Shown here one piece after another: positions 25,001 through 36,600 of a DNA stretch of 64,000 nt. Position 1 is the stretch's first letter; every line of letters starts with the position of its first letter. The position numbers and the translations under genes were made by a program. A model generated the notes under the pieces. It was not told where the DNA came from, did not search any database, and saw only the letters and a list, made by a program, of their open reading frames with translations. Origin of the DNA: Lingula anatina (Eukaryota > Animalia > Brachiopoda); contig CM120646.1 in the NCBI GenBank assembly GCA_051362555.1, positions 15,810,001 through 15,874,000 of the forward strand, read 5' to 3'.

Positions 25001-26975
25001 TAACAGTACTGTACCCCCTCCCCACTTCCCACTCAGGGTTTTTTTTTTAGCTTTGGTTAAACTTCATGTGAATCTGTTATCAAATTGCAGACTTACAATT
25101 AGTAGACCCTGTACCCCAAATCCTAGGAGAAGCCCTGATGTGAATTATCAGACTTAAATGCAAGATTAAATCTTCAGGAGTTCACAAGTATGAAAAAACA
25201 AATTTTAATCTGAACATAGATTCACTTTAAGGTGCATTTTCGGGGCTCATATGATTGAATGTTTTGGTAATATATACATTAATTTAAATGTATGACCACA
25301 CATATAAATTGACAAAGTTCAAACGTATGAATAGAAAAAAATTATTGGTTTTGTGGACAGGTTGGATTGAAAATCGGACAGGTCAAATTTATGAGCACCT
25401 GTCCGAAGGACAGGTGCTCATAAAAGTTAGTGTCTAGCCCTGTGTGTGTGTGTGCGCACTTCTGCTACAAGAAAAGTCCTCATCTAATCAACGATAAATC
25501 AAATTAAAATTGAGATATCCCCTCACCATGCTCTCCAGTTCACTGGCATTGGGGTCCTGATCCCCTCCTCGGCTATGTACATCAAGTGGGGCTCACACTC
25601 CACATCAATGCCAAGGCTCCTGCCATATTCACACAGTTCTATAATGGAAATAAAAAATGTCATATTTGGGGTATTAGACTAACATTTTTCATCAGAAAAT
25701 ACATACATTAGTATTGTCAGATAAAAGCAAAACTAAATTTCCACATAAAAATTTATCTAAATAATAAAAACAGAGAGAGAGAGAGGTACCTACCCTTATC
25801 TGTTGGCACAAATCCTTCATCATAATCTTCCTCCATTATCATCTGGTCATTGACCATCATGTAACCTTCACAGCACTTCTGCTCATCCAAGGTACCTAAT
25901 ATAGGACAGAATAGTTATCAAAAACAGTTTTAAAATATAAACTCTCTTTAAAGAAACAATTAATGATTTAAATTTTAAATAAAGTATGGAAGTAATATAA
26001 AAATAAACAACAATAGCCTAAAAACAACATATATGAAAAACATGACAATTTAAGTTTCAGTCTTTCGAGGGAGAAGTGCAAAATAAATCAGTGTCAAATT
26101 AAAATGCTCAAAGAATTTACCATGTACTATAGGTATTGTCCATGCTTACCTGCTATTCCTGATGCCCTGGCCATGTGCACCTGTCTCCAGGTGGGCGGAG
26201 TCATAACCTCACCCTTAGGAACAGGGCAGCGCTGCTTGATCTTCCTCGGGTTAGGCAGCTTGTCCGAGGTGATCCCGTGGAACAAGTGGATGGGATGCTG
26301 GAACTTGGGATCCAGCACCACCAGTTCATACATCCCTGTGCTGATGTCATCAGAGAATGGTTTACGATACGTCACAGGCAGCACGTGACGTACATGCAGC
26401 AGCTTTTCAACGAAGACTGCAAGGTCCAGATCCTTCCACCACGGGGATGGTGGCACTTTCCCAGGGCGGGCAAAGCGCGGTGGCACCTTGATGCAGGTCC
26501 CCAGAGGGACGTCAGACCCCAGGGGGCTGTCAGGGTGGACACGGGGGTTCTCTTTCTTCTGCCATTTTGGCGTGAGGTACTGCAGAGGTCCCCTCAATTC
26601 TCCCATGTAGTACAAGGGATCGTCCTCATCACTGGTTCCTTCATCAAAGCCACTCCCAGTCCTGAGAGGTCGATTGCTGTTCACTTGGAAGTTAGTAGGT
26701 GTCTTCACCTTAGGTCTTACAGAACCAACCTCCTCCTTTGGCACTGGGCCAGTGGCGAGCTTGTCCTTCTTCTTTGGACGAAGCCTTCCTACTTGAATTT
26801 CCTCAGCGATGAGTGCATCACCACTCTGTTTTTGCACACTGCCCAGGGGTGCCAGACCTTTGGACCTTTGGTGCTGCAGCGGCCCCAGGGCCAGGGCAGA
26901 AGCCAGTAATTGTGGATCACCATCAGGGTGATCCTCTCCAATAGGAGTTAAAACCTTTCCACAAGGAAAGGACAT
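12533..26975 (-). CDS. CEP164: CEP164-like centriolar protein (WW module + expanded coiled coil), divergent
   Basis: Exons 26150-26975, 25794-25895, 25527-25638 and 23818-23954 encode ...MVNDQMIMEEDYDEGFVPTDKELCEYGRSLGIDVECEPHLMYIAEEGIRTPMPVNWRACQDVNGDTYYFNFATGECIWDYPAD, matching the CEP164 N-terminus (DQLVLEEDYDE...GID...W.PCQD..GD.YYFNF..G...WDHP). Further exons: 23411-23463, 23135-23203, 22711-22800, 22247-22390, possibly 21770-21859, 21015-21110, 20627-20698, 20396-20458, ~19908-20029 (acceptor uncertain), 14 repeat exons, 14300-14453, 13702-13863, 13202-13325, 12725-12910. The last exon is uncertain (12533-12663 is in frame). It may be a paralog rather than the ortholog. Confidence 0.8.
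14760..19765 (-). repeat. Tandem exon-intron array inside the CEP164-like gene: 13 x 147-nt exons and one 114-nt exon
   Basis: Exons 19619-19765, 19295-19441, 18899-19045, 18566-18712, 18106-18252, 17661-17807, 17317-17463, 16782-16928, 16438-16584, 16078-16224, 15741-15887, 15398-15544, 15078-15224, plus 14760-14873 (114 nt). All are AG/GT-bounded, phase 2-2 and stop-free, with consensus ILREKINxETxxEMSKMKxEAQDKLKxDIQQELFxAEKELRQAKEEKLG. Confidence 0.92.
16349..18105. repeat. Near-identical 879-bp tandem duplication
   Basis: gtacctaaatcagttgac occurs at 16351 and 17230. The ORF-track entries repeat identically at an 879-bp offset, with only a few substitutions visible between copies. Confidence 0.95.
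21973..22021. repeat. (AAT)n microsatellite
   Basis: Directly visible. Similar runs occur at ~19050-19080 and ~19446-19510. Confidence 0.95.
24082..25442. mobile_element. Non-autonomous hAT-like DNA transposon in a CEP164-like intron
   Basis: TIR CAGGGCTCGACATTA / TAGTGTCTAGCCCTG. Clustered subterminal CCTGTCCG/CGGACAGG motifs at both ends. Inserted in a (TG)n tract. No ORF. Confidence 0.85.
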
Positions 26976-27767
26976 AGTTCAGTTTGCTGCAAGAGCAGTC
27001 TCTTCAATTATAAAGTATATGCTGCAGATTAAACTGCAGTGATTTTCAATACAGAGCAATATACAATGCTCAGAGTCAGAGCAATTTTGGATAGAAGGTT
27101 CAACTCAGCTGATGAGTTTCAATGTTCTGAATATTGTAGTTTGTCTTGGCTTATTGAAGCACAAGACAGGTGAATATATAGTCCAACACTATTAGTCTCT
27201 CAACCTATGCAGGATAGAGTGAAATCAACTGAAAAAAAAAATGAAAGTGAATGGTAAAAAGCAGAAAAAATGTGATTCAACCAAAATCTGGAATTTCATG
27301 CAAGATAGGACAGTGTGACTTTGAAACAATAAGTTCAAGTTGCAAATACAAAGCACAATTTAAAATGTCTACAAGATAATGATTCCAAAAAAGCCACAAT
27401 TGCAAAAATAAAATCTTCCAAGAATTCATAATACTAGGGAAATATAGATAAAGGCAGTTTGTGGATAAAAAAATATGGCAACCTAGTGGCAAATTGTATA
27501 GCAATTTCTGATAATCACTATCTGCAAGGCTACATTTAGTAACTAAACGTAAATCCAGAAACACTACAAACATAAATTTGTTACTCCAACCCTTCTTAGA
27601 TTTGCTTTTAACAAGAGAATAATTACATTCTGTAAGGAATGTCTAAATACCTTCACTGTATTTTTGTAAAAGTTGCTAAAGAAATCCAACACATAAACAA
27701 AATGTAGACCTTTTAATGGAAAAATTGTAAAGTTTAAGACAACAGAAATTACATTCCTCTGCAGATT

Positions 27768-29590
27768 ATTGAAAAATATCTACCATTTATTCCAAATACT
27801 GTTAAAACATATGCGATTAATTTGTCTTTACTTTGAACTTAGTCACTTTTTCAAAGTTATTTCGTCGGCTGCAAGATTAAGAACTCCGTTCCACCATCTT
27901 ACCCAGAGAAAGCTTTGGGCGGAAATTACGTCACAATAACAAAAATGAATGAATGTTTGCTAAAGTATCCTGTTGAGAAGCAATCTAATTTGAGAATTTA
28001 TATAAAATAAAGGATTTGTCCCAAGCGCAAACCCCCCAAAAAAGTTTTCAACTGCTGGGGGTGAAAGCGTTTCACTGCTTTTCATTGCATTTTTTTGTCT
28101 AAACGTCCTAGTCAAATCATGTCTAAACTGCGATTTTCCGATAATTCAATAAAACAAAAACAAAAATACTAACAAAACCTGCCACAATGTCAATGAGAAA
28201 TGGTTTGAATTGCCTAACTTCAAAATTTGGTGTGCATCATTGGTTGTTGCTATGTGAGAAAATGGCCTCCGCCGTCTTCACGATTTCAGGCTTTGGGCGG
28301 AAGTTGCAATAAATCCACAAAAATCGATAAACTCTGCAAATATTTCCTACCAAAACGTTCCCTACATCATCCTGTTCCCTATACTGATGTAAACTCAGCG
28401 AGTCACGCGCTGAACACGCATTTTGCTAGAAATTTGTATTCAGAGAAACCAAAAGTGCGGCTTACCTCGTGGAGTCTCGAGTATGAAACGGCAACCGTTG
28501 TCATACAAACATGTGACGTAATTACACGTCAGAAGACGCACACAGCGTAACGTTACAGACGTAAACAATTGTGCAACAATCAGCTGATAAATATTTGGAA
28601 CCGTTTGGTACGTTTTTTGTTTACAAACAGCACAACCAAACACAGTTGACTGCGCTCGATAGCACACCTATCACAATCATTGAAAAACTGTATCGTGGAT
28701 TCCAAATACTGTTGAAATATGAGCAAATAGTTTGTCTTAACTTAAAATTTTGTCATTTATCCCAAAGTTTTTTAAAGGTTGCGATGTCAAAACCTCCGTT
28801 CCGCCATCTTACCCAGCGAAAGCTTTGGGCGGAAATTACGTCACAATAACAGAAAAAATAATAATTTCATTATTTTTTGCTAAAGTAACCTGTTGAAAAG
28901 CAATTTAAATTAAGAGTTTTATAGAAAATAACCCATTTGTCCCAAGCACAACGCAAAAAAAAAAAAAGTTTCCAACTGTTGGGAAGTGAGAGCGTTTCAC
29001 TGCTTTTCATGACATTCTATCACCTAAACGTTCTAGTCAAATCATGTCTAAACTGCTATTTTCCAATAATTCAGTAAAACAATAACAAATTCTAACTATA
29101 TCTACCAAGATATTAATAAGAAATGGCTTGGACTGCCTAACTTTAGAATTTGGTGTAAATCATTGGTTGTTGCTATGCGAGAAAATGGCCTCCGCCGTCT
29201 TACGATTTCAGGCTTTGGGCGGAAGATGCAATAAAACCACAAAAATAGACAAACTCTGCAAATATTTCCTACCAAAACGTTCCCTACATCATCCTGTTCC
29301 CTATACTGATGTAAATTCAGCGAGGCGCGCGCTGAACACTCATTTTGCTAGAAATTTGTATTCAGAGAAACCAAAAGTGCGGCTTACCTCGTGGAGTCTC
29401 GAGTATCAAACGGCAACCGTCGTCATACAAACATGTGACGTAATTACACGTCAGAAGACGCACACAGCGTAACGTTTCAGACGTATACAACAATCAACTG
29501 ATGACTTTTAGGAAACAGTTTGGAACGTTTTACAATCAGCACAACCAAACACAACTCGCTGTGTTGGAGAGCACACCTGTGGCATTCATG
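27768..29590 (-). promoter_or_regulatory. Tandemly duplicated (~910-920 bp x2) CpG-enriched promoter / first-exon region of the CEP164-like gene
   Basis: Two colinear copies (~27768-28678 and ~28679-29590). Motifs include YY1-like (CCGCCATCTT at 28801), ETS-like GGCGGAA, CRE-like TTACGTCA/TGACGTAA, and minus-strand donors GTAAGA (27902, 28812) and GTAAGC (28465, 29387). The duplication is directly visible; promoter function is inferred. Confidence 0.6.
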
Positions 29591-30554
29591 TTAAAAGTCT
29601 GTTGAATTTATAAGTTACATGTGAAAGGACGTAAATGCTTCCGCAGGGCTGATAACAGAAAAAATGAGAGCTCAACATATTAGCTACTGCAATCGCTTCC
29701 ATTTATTTAAGACAAAAACACCCTAAAATGTACAGTTCTCTGAATAAGTGGACGTTTTACCACGAGTACCTAGATCAATACATACCCAGAGCCGATCTTT
29801 TTCCAGGCAAAAAAGCGGTTCGTTCAAACCCTTCAACCCAGTGGCTGATTTAGGGACCCCCCCCCCCCCCCCCCCCAATTCGGTTATTAAAAACAAAATC
29901 ACACCAAAAAACGCCTTTCTTGAAAATGACTTCTCGACTCCGCTGACTGTTTCCCCTCCAAAATCCCAAATGCTTCAGCGGACCCAAACTTCTCTCTCTC
30001 TGAGTGTTTAAATGCCACCATTTAAATACTGCCGAAAAGACACAACAGCAGCTCTTCACTCACCTCATAAATATCAATTACCATCATTACAAGTCTGTTC
30101 TCTTGTGGATCCAAATTAAACTGACTGTTGAAGCTAAGCTATTGTCCTAACTGTTTAGGCAACAGTCTTACATAAACCCAGATATGAACCCTGGCAACCT
30201 TCCGAGTACCAAGAAAAAGTGCCTTTGTTACACAAATTTAATTGATGACACAATATCATAAATGTAATACAATGTATGGCGTGCGGGTAATATATAGCCA
30301 GTTTTATTATATATCCCTCTTTATACACTTATGAGTTGCATGAGCTTATTGGGTGCGCAATTCTCAATTTTCTTTTTTCCAAAACTAATTAATCGCCAAA
30401 AACGTGACATTGAAAAAGTTAATCTCCAGACGATACCAAACGGGGAAAGCATTTTGAAATAAATGCCATCGCAGAAGAAAAACAAGAAGTCAGGAAAACT
30501 CGAAAGAGAGGGATAATCAAGGAAGAACTTTCATTGGCATCACACTTTTCAAAA

Positions 30555-32082
30555 ATGAGAAAGGGGAGTTTAACTCACGGGGCAGTTTTATTTATGGTAC
30601 TTGCAATCGTATGCATTGTTGTATATACTTTCTTTATCGTTCTGAACTCTTACGATAGAGACATCGGCGTCCATCGTTTATGGAAAAAAACTCCATCTGT
30701 TGAGAAAACAGCAAAGATTGGTGGGCAATTAAAACATAAAGCGGCCCCAGGACATCGAGAGAAAAATCTTGCGGGTGAACATAACTGGGTTAGAAATGGC
30801 ATTGCTGAAAAGGAACAGCTAGAGCGTGCCTGGTCGAATTTCAACCCTCAGACTGATGTTAAAGGGGAACATTGCCATACCGACAACAATGCGACATACA
30901 AGTACAGTTTCAACGTGACAATGTCGAACAAGCATATACTGTATATTTACATAGAAGAAAGAAAACAGGTATCGGCAAAAAAGGCCGTGTTGTCATCCAG
31001 GGGAAGTAATTTCCGAATTGAGGTGACAGGAAGTGAATCCATGGTGTGTCCGGTGAGAGATTTCTTTAATGGAACCTACGTCGCATATTGTGATATCCAC
31101 TCCAGTATACAGGGTACAATATATTTAGACTACACGGACTTTGAAGCGTTCAGACACCACGATAACGAAAAATGTAATCATCCCAATAGAATTCACAGAA
31201 TTATCCACTCGTTTAATTATGATTACCCCGAGAAACGGGGATCGGAGAAAGAGAAGACAGACAGATCTAGAGACTGTTCCGAAACAAACATTGAGGAATA
31301 CCTCAGTGGACGCTGGTGGAAAATTCAAGGACATTGGAAATGGGGAACAGAAAGCAGATGTATTTTCGAGTTAATGAGTGAGGCAGACATTTGGAAATGT
31401 TATAATAGGAAAACCACTTTCAAAATCTTTGGAGACTCACATCTTAGATTTATTAGTAATTACTTGGATCAGCTGGTGTCAAACTATAGTCATATTGTAC
31501 CCCATACAGGAGATGTTACCCCTGGTGTAAATTCAACGAACCCCATAAAAAAACGAAAGAATATTGTAGGTCTTAGCAATATTATATACAGATAGACTGG
31601 CCATGCTTCCCACTGCGAAAACGCAATCAGTTCACTTTCTTCGCGATTTGACGAAAAGCCCGCTGCCAGAGATGATGTAGTTTTAATGGGGTTTGGGATT
31701 CACGAATTAGTGCTTGCAAACCAGAGTGCCCACAATCTTGTCAAACATTCCCTTCCCCATTTTGTGGACTTCTGCGCGACGTAAGGAAAAACCCCAATAC
31801 TGCAAACATCCGCCTGATATACCTAAATATTCTGCCGAGGGTTTGGGCCAGATGGACGGGAATGATTACATGGTTGCGGCGGTCAATGAAATCATCGCAG
31901 AGAAGCTGGTAAAATTTGGCGTAGAAATAATAGACGGTTTCAATATTCTTAACCCAATGAAATGGACCAATTGTGACGGTGCACATTATCTATGCCCTAT
32001 AAACAATGACCCAAGCAAATATAAAGGCCATTCTGGAATGACACTGGCCCATCTTTTGTTAAGAATTATGTGTGATTTGTAG
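30555..32082 (+). pseudogene. Intronless NXPE/PC-esterase (SGNH)-like type II membrane protein, disrupted
   Basis: N-terminal TM (AVLFMVLAIVCIVVYTFFIVL), Ig-like GSNFRIEVTG...VRDFFNGTY, block I IFGDSHLR, block III-like DVVLMGFGIHEL, C-terminal CDGAHY. Disrupted by an in-frame TAG at 31593-31595 and apparent frameshifts near 31768 and ~31855. Confidence 0.75.
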
Positions 32083-32247
32083 AGTGCCTTGGCAACCCTT
32101 GATTTCAGTGCATACTAGTATGTATTATCGATAGCTCTTCGCTATGAATTAAAAATATGTCCTTTGGGTCTCAATTCTGACGGCATGGGTGACTCTCGTC
32201 CATAAAAGCACGCACCCGAAGTTTTCCTCTCAGATAGTTATTTTCTA

Positions 32248-32450
32248 AGGGTGCTTTCCCAGAGATTTAGATCGACCTAACTCCCTGGGGGTTCAGGCTA
32301 AATTGCAGTCAGCCGAGCGGACACCATAGTTAATTACCCCCTTAGAGCTTTTAGTAGGCGGGACAGACGCTTAAGCCGGCCAAGCTGACAGTAATCTAGT
32401 GAGACTCCCCACAGGGATAGATCGATCTAAAAATCTATGGAAATGGGGTG
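32248..32450. mobile_element. Degenerate palindromic MITE (possibly PIF/Harbinger-type)
   Basis: Imperfect inverted repeats tttcccagagatttagatcgacctaactccctggggg / ccccacagggatagatcgatctaaaaatctatggaaa, flanked by TAA on both sides. Confidence 0.6.
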
Positions 32451-33411
32451 TAAGAAGCTGTGTAATTTCACTATCAGCCTCTTAATTATGTATACAATGT
32501 CTTGGGTGAGGTTTTGCTGATATATTATATTTGACGTCTATGCTGTATTAATAGCTTTATCGCGATCAAAAGAAACTAAAGAACCTAGAGGACCAGAGAG
32601 GCTATGACGCCTCCTGGTATTGTACCACCAGCTGGAGTAAACGCATTCGTACGGAAAAGGGGGGGGGGGCACCACCTCCACTGTTGTGCTTACAAAATGC
32701 AGGCCTACTTAACTACCAAACTTGGCATCGAAGGATCTGAAATTCACCGGTAGATCGGATCACTCTACCCGTTTAAAGGTGTGTATCAGTACGCATTTTA
32801 CAGTATCATATTTAGCGCGTACAATAAGTTGGTCATCTCAATTCTCATCGCAGTTCGAGTTGTGTTCCACAATACTCACTTCGCAGTTGGATACATGCAT
32901 TTGTGTGAACAAGCAAGTACTGGTTATATGGGTATATGCAGTTGCGAGGTCGAGCTTTCATATGGCGGAAATAGTAGCCTACTTGTCTCTTTTAAGTATC
33001 ACAACTTCTGCAATTACCTCCGTCATTAAATACTCGCGGTGCAAAAGAATGAAAGAAAATTTACAGCAAGTATTTATAGCATGATTCCTTGTAATATTAT
33101 GTCCATCGTTACTCGTTTGTCACGCAGAACATTAGAATTCAATGGTGCGAGTCACAATGCTTTGGAACTGCAAATTTACAGAAAGAACAGTGCTCACAGC
33201 TGACCTTGAATAAAAAAAGTGTGTGCTTGACATTGTTAACTTTGCACTTTTTCAGTTCTGAATCTGCGATCATGAACAATAAAAGAGCGTTTGTGACTTA
33301 GTTTAAAATGCTTTAAGCACACTGAACATTACCACAAGAACTCTGGCTTAATTATAAAATAAAACTTGTCACTGTTCCGAGCTTCTGATTTGAAGACAAG
33401 TGTACCCCATC

Positions 33412-33664
33412 CAGTGGCGGATTTAGGAGGGTGTCAGGGGGTCCTGCCCCCCTCCGCTTCGACTTCTGAAAAAAATCACACCAATGGTCCCCTGTGATTA
33501 CCTAAACCACAATTCTACACCGTACCAAATGACACCGTTCGCCCTCTTAAATACCAAAATGTTGGGGCCCCACGCCAAAGGGAGGGGGGGGGGGGGGGGG
33601 GGGAGGGTCAGCTTCGCATCCTCGGACCCCCCCCCCCTTTCGAATAATCCTGGATCCGTTCCTG
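33412..33664. mobile_element. MITE with CAGTGGCGGAT-type TIRs
   Basis: TIR CAGTGGCGGATTTAGGA / TCCTGGATCCGTTCCTG, internal poly-G and poly-C runs, flanking CCATC duplication. A related fragment lies at ~29839-29880. Confidence 0.75.
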
Positions 33665-36600
33665 CCATCGGCCATCTTCCTCAGTCTCAGTCTCAATGCG
33701 ACACAGTATTAGGTGAGACGAGTCGATTCCATCTGAAATTTGACCATAGAGTTTGACTATGGAATTAAAGCACACGTTGATGGCATCTGAAATAACCATC
33801 GTGAAAAATTAAGATAGTGACAAAAAGCTTTTGATCGTATCTCCATCATTTGTTTAACTAACATCAGGACATTTCTACACAAAAGACATAAGAAGGATGA
33901 GGGAATACATGGAGTAGAACTTCCTAAAAAAACTCTATTCACAGATACAGACCCACTTTGGACTCTTTCCAACCATGCACCTCCAAAACCACAATCCTTG
34001 AAACAAGGTAACTATGAAGAAATGAAAAAAAATAGTACATATATGTATACATATAGTTTGGCACTTGTAGGGCTTACGTTGCCAAATCAATACATTTTTT
34101 AGAAAACCCCCGGGCAAGCTTACATTGAAAAGGAAACTTTATTATTATTCTTTTACCAAACAAATCTGGAACTTTTACTCAACCGAAGTGAAGTAAATGC
34201 TGATTGCATTAGTTGTGACACACCGACAACTAATTTACTTTCGTCTCTAACACACTCAATCGCTAATGTGCCCAAGTAGTATAGCATAATCCCAGAAAAT
34301 AAAAATTCTTAAAGCGAAAACATGGATTAGTCAACATACAGATAACTTACATTAAGCACATTAAAAGGGGCATTAAAAGACACTGCCGTGTTTTCATTTC
34401 TTTTTTTTTGTTCCAGACTTCGGGCATAGACAGGCAGGTTTATGTGTTCTGGGATTTGATTGGTTGTTTATTCACTAGTGTAATAACTGCTTTTTGTTGT
34501 TTTCTATTCAACGTAGCTGTTAATTGTTGTATTAAAGATTTGCTGACACATAAAGTAATGAAAGGAGTAAAACACTTGTAGTTTTGGAAGGAAATATGTA
34601 TATTCCTGTCTCTGCAATCGTGTGACCTATTTTTATTTCCGCCAATCAAACATGGTGCGTTTAAAACAAGGAACGTAAGCAACATGGAGCCTAAAATGTC
34701 GAGTTTGTTGGTTGGAATGTAGCTACGCATTCTGCCAATTAATGTCTTATGTGCAATATTTATAAAGTGCAGACATCAAAATTTTAGTTGCTTAGTATCA
34801 GGCCTCAGCCAGGTAAGCTTAGAGTTTAGATATATATAGAATTATTTGCCATAAAGCTAAAATATAACGTGTCGAACTTAAACATACACAGCTGGCGTTT
34901 ACCGACACAGAGATCGCTTCCCGAACTGGGTTACATTTTAAAGATATCATTTTAATATAGAAGACATTATTGTTATACTTTTAATATAAAAAAATCGCTT
35001 ATTACTACTAAGAATCATATGGGAATAATAAAAGTCGCTAATAAAAGGTTGTGTGCTCGAGCCCAGCCAATATAGAGTATTGATTGGCACTACTGAAATT
35101 CACTGAGGGGGCCGTTCTGAGGTTGATGGACAAAGAAACCCGTGAAATAAAATTGTGGCTTGCATATGAAATGTTAGACTTAGTAAGGCTATCAAGAAGT
35201 GTGACATTTAGCACAAAGGCTGTTTAAATTTGCCTGATGAAAAACAAAGGAATTATTTACTCCCCCCTTTCTCAAAAAGGTCATTAAAAGAAAGTAGTAA
35301 TTAACATGGGAATACTTGATAGAAAACAAGATAGACATATTAAACTTAAGTACATACATGTTAAGTATAATCACTGTACCTTTCCACCTGAGCAAGGTCA
35401 CTGATAAAATTACAAAAGAAAGTTGGATTACTGTTAGACTACAATAAATATTTTTGATATTCATATCAGCAACTTTAAAATATTAACTGACTTTGATATC
35501 ATCCATGTACATCATCTGCTTATCACAACATGCTGTGAATTCTGAAAAGGTTATTTTGTGCAGGGCAATAGTAAAGGGGACAAAATAAGTAGCTGCAAAC
35601 AGTCTTTGGTGTGAAAAAAATACAGGAGACACATTTTTATGGTATTCAGCAATATATCCTTAGTTTGTTTCTGGACCATAATTTTTACTAGTTCTTAACT
35701 TAGAAATACCTATTAGACATGCTTTTGAAAACTACATTTTCTTCAAATGTCTTAGCGTTGTGGATGGTACTTCCAGGTAGCATAAAATTTTTGAACAGGG
35801 GATATAAATTTATTCTACCATTTTGAGAATAACTGTCAGGCCTTAGGAGATTTAGTTGGTCTTTTTTAAAAAATAAGAGAAGGACAAAGGAGACTATTAT
35901 AATCTCATATAATGCCCCCCTGTGTTGGTGATTTCTGTTTTAGAGCCTAAATCAGGCTGGGCTTGATGACCTTTGAAGACAAGAGGAGAGGAGTTTCCAT
36001 ACAGTGCAACATTCCTTATTGGTGAGTTTGTACATTGTCTGTGTCATTTAAAATTATTAAAGAAAATTCCAATATACACTGTAACATTAAAAAAATGAAA
36101 GTTATGCATTCAGTTGAAATAAGTGTTTTTTTTAGATGAAATTGATTTTTATTTTGCGAATGTCTTTTCCACAGTTTGAGCTCTTATATAAAGAATGATA
36201 GCTAAATAAGTACAGCTTGCTTTGGCATTTCCATATATAGGACATAGTCACAGTGGACCTGAAGTGGAGGAAAGAGCAATTCTTCTGATCATTAGAAGTA
36301 AGTTTTATGCTTTAAAATTTTTGTTTCTTTGAGATACCTTTATAAATGCTTTCATTGTCGGGTTTGAGAAAGTTGCTTTCACTTTTTGAATGAATAGAAA
36401 GAAAAAAAAGCATGCCTGCTTGATTTCCTTTTAAAACTAATCTTATATTTAATGTGATGTTGAAACCTTACAAGATAAAGAAATGAAGCTGTATTATGAA
36501 AGCCAAGCTATAATGGTAGAAAGAATGTGATTACTGATTTGTTTTCTAAAGTAAGAGTTCATAATTCATAATGCTGATTCTTGATGAGAAATATTTTGAT

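Noticed and set aside
26104-26909. Plus-strand ORFs of 94 and 244 aa
   Set aside because: Antisense shadows of the GC-richer first coding exon of the CEP164-like gene, with no recognisable motifs.
28227-29472. Duplicated 107- and 114-aa ORFs
   Set aside because: They begin at TTG codons, have discordant N-termini and no domain. Their similarity is explained by the DNA duplication.
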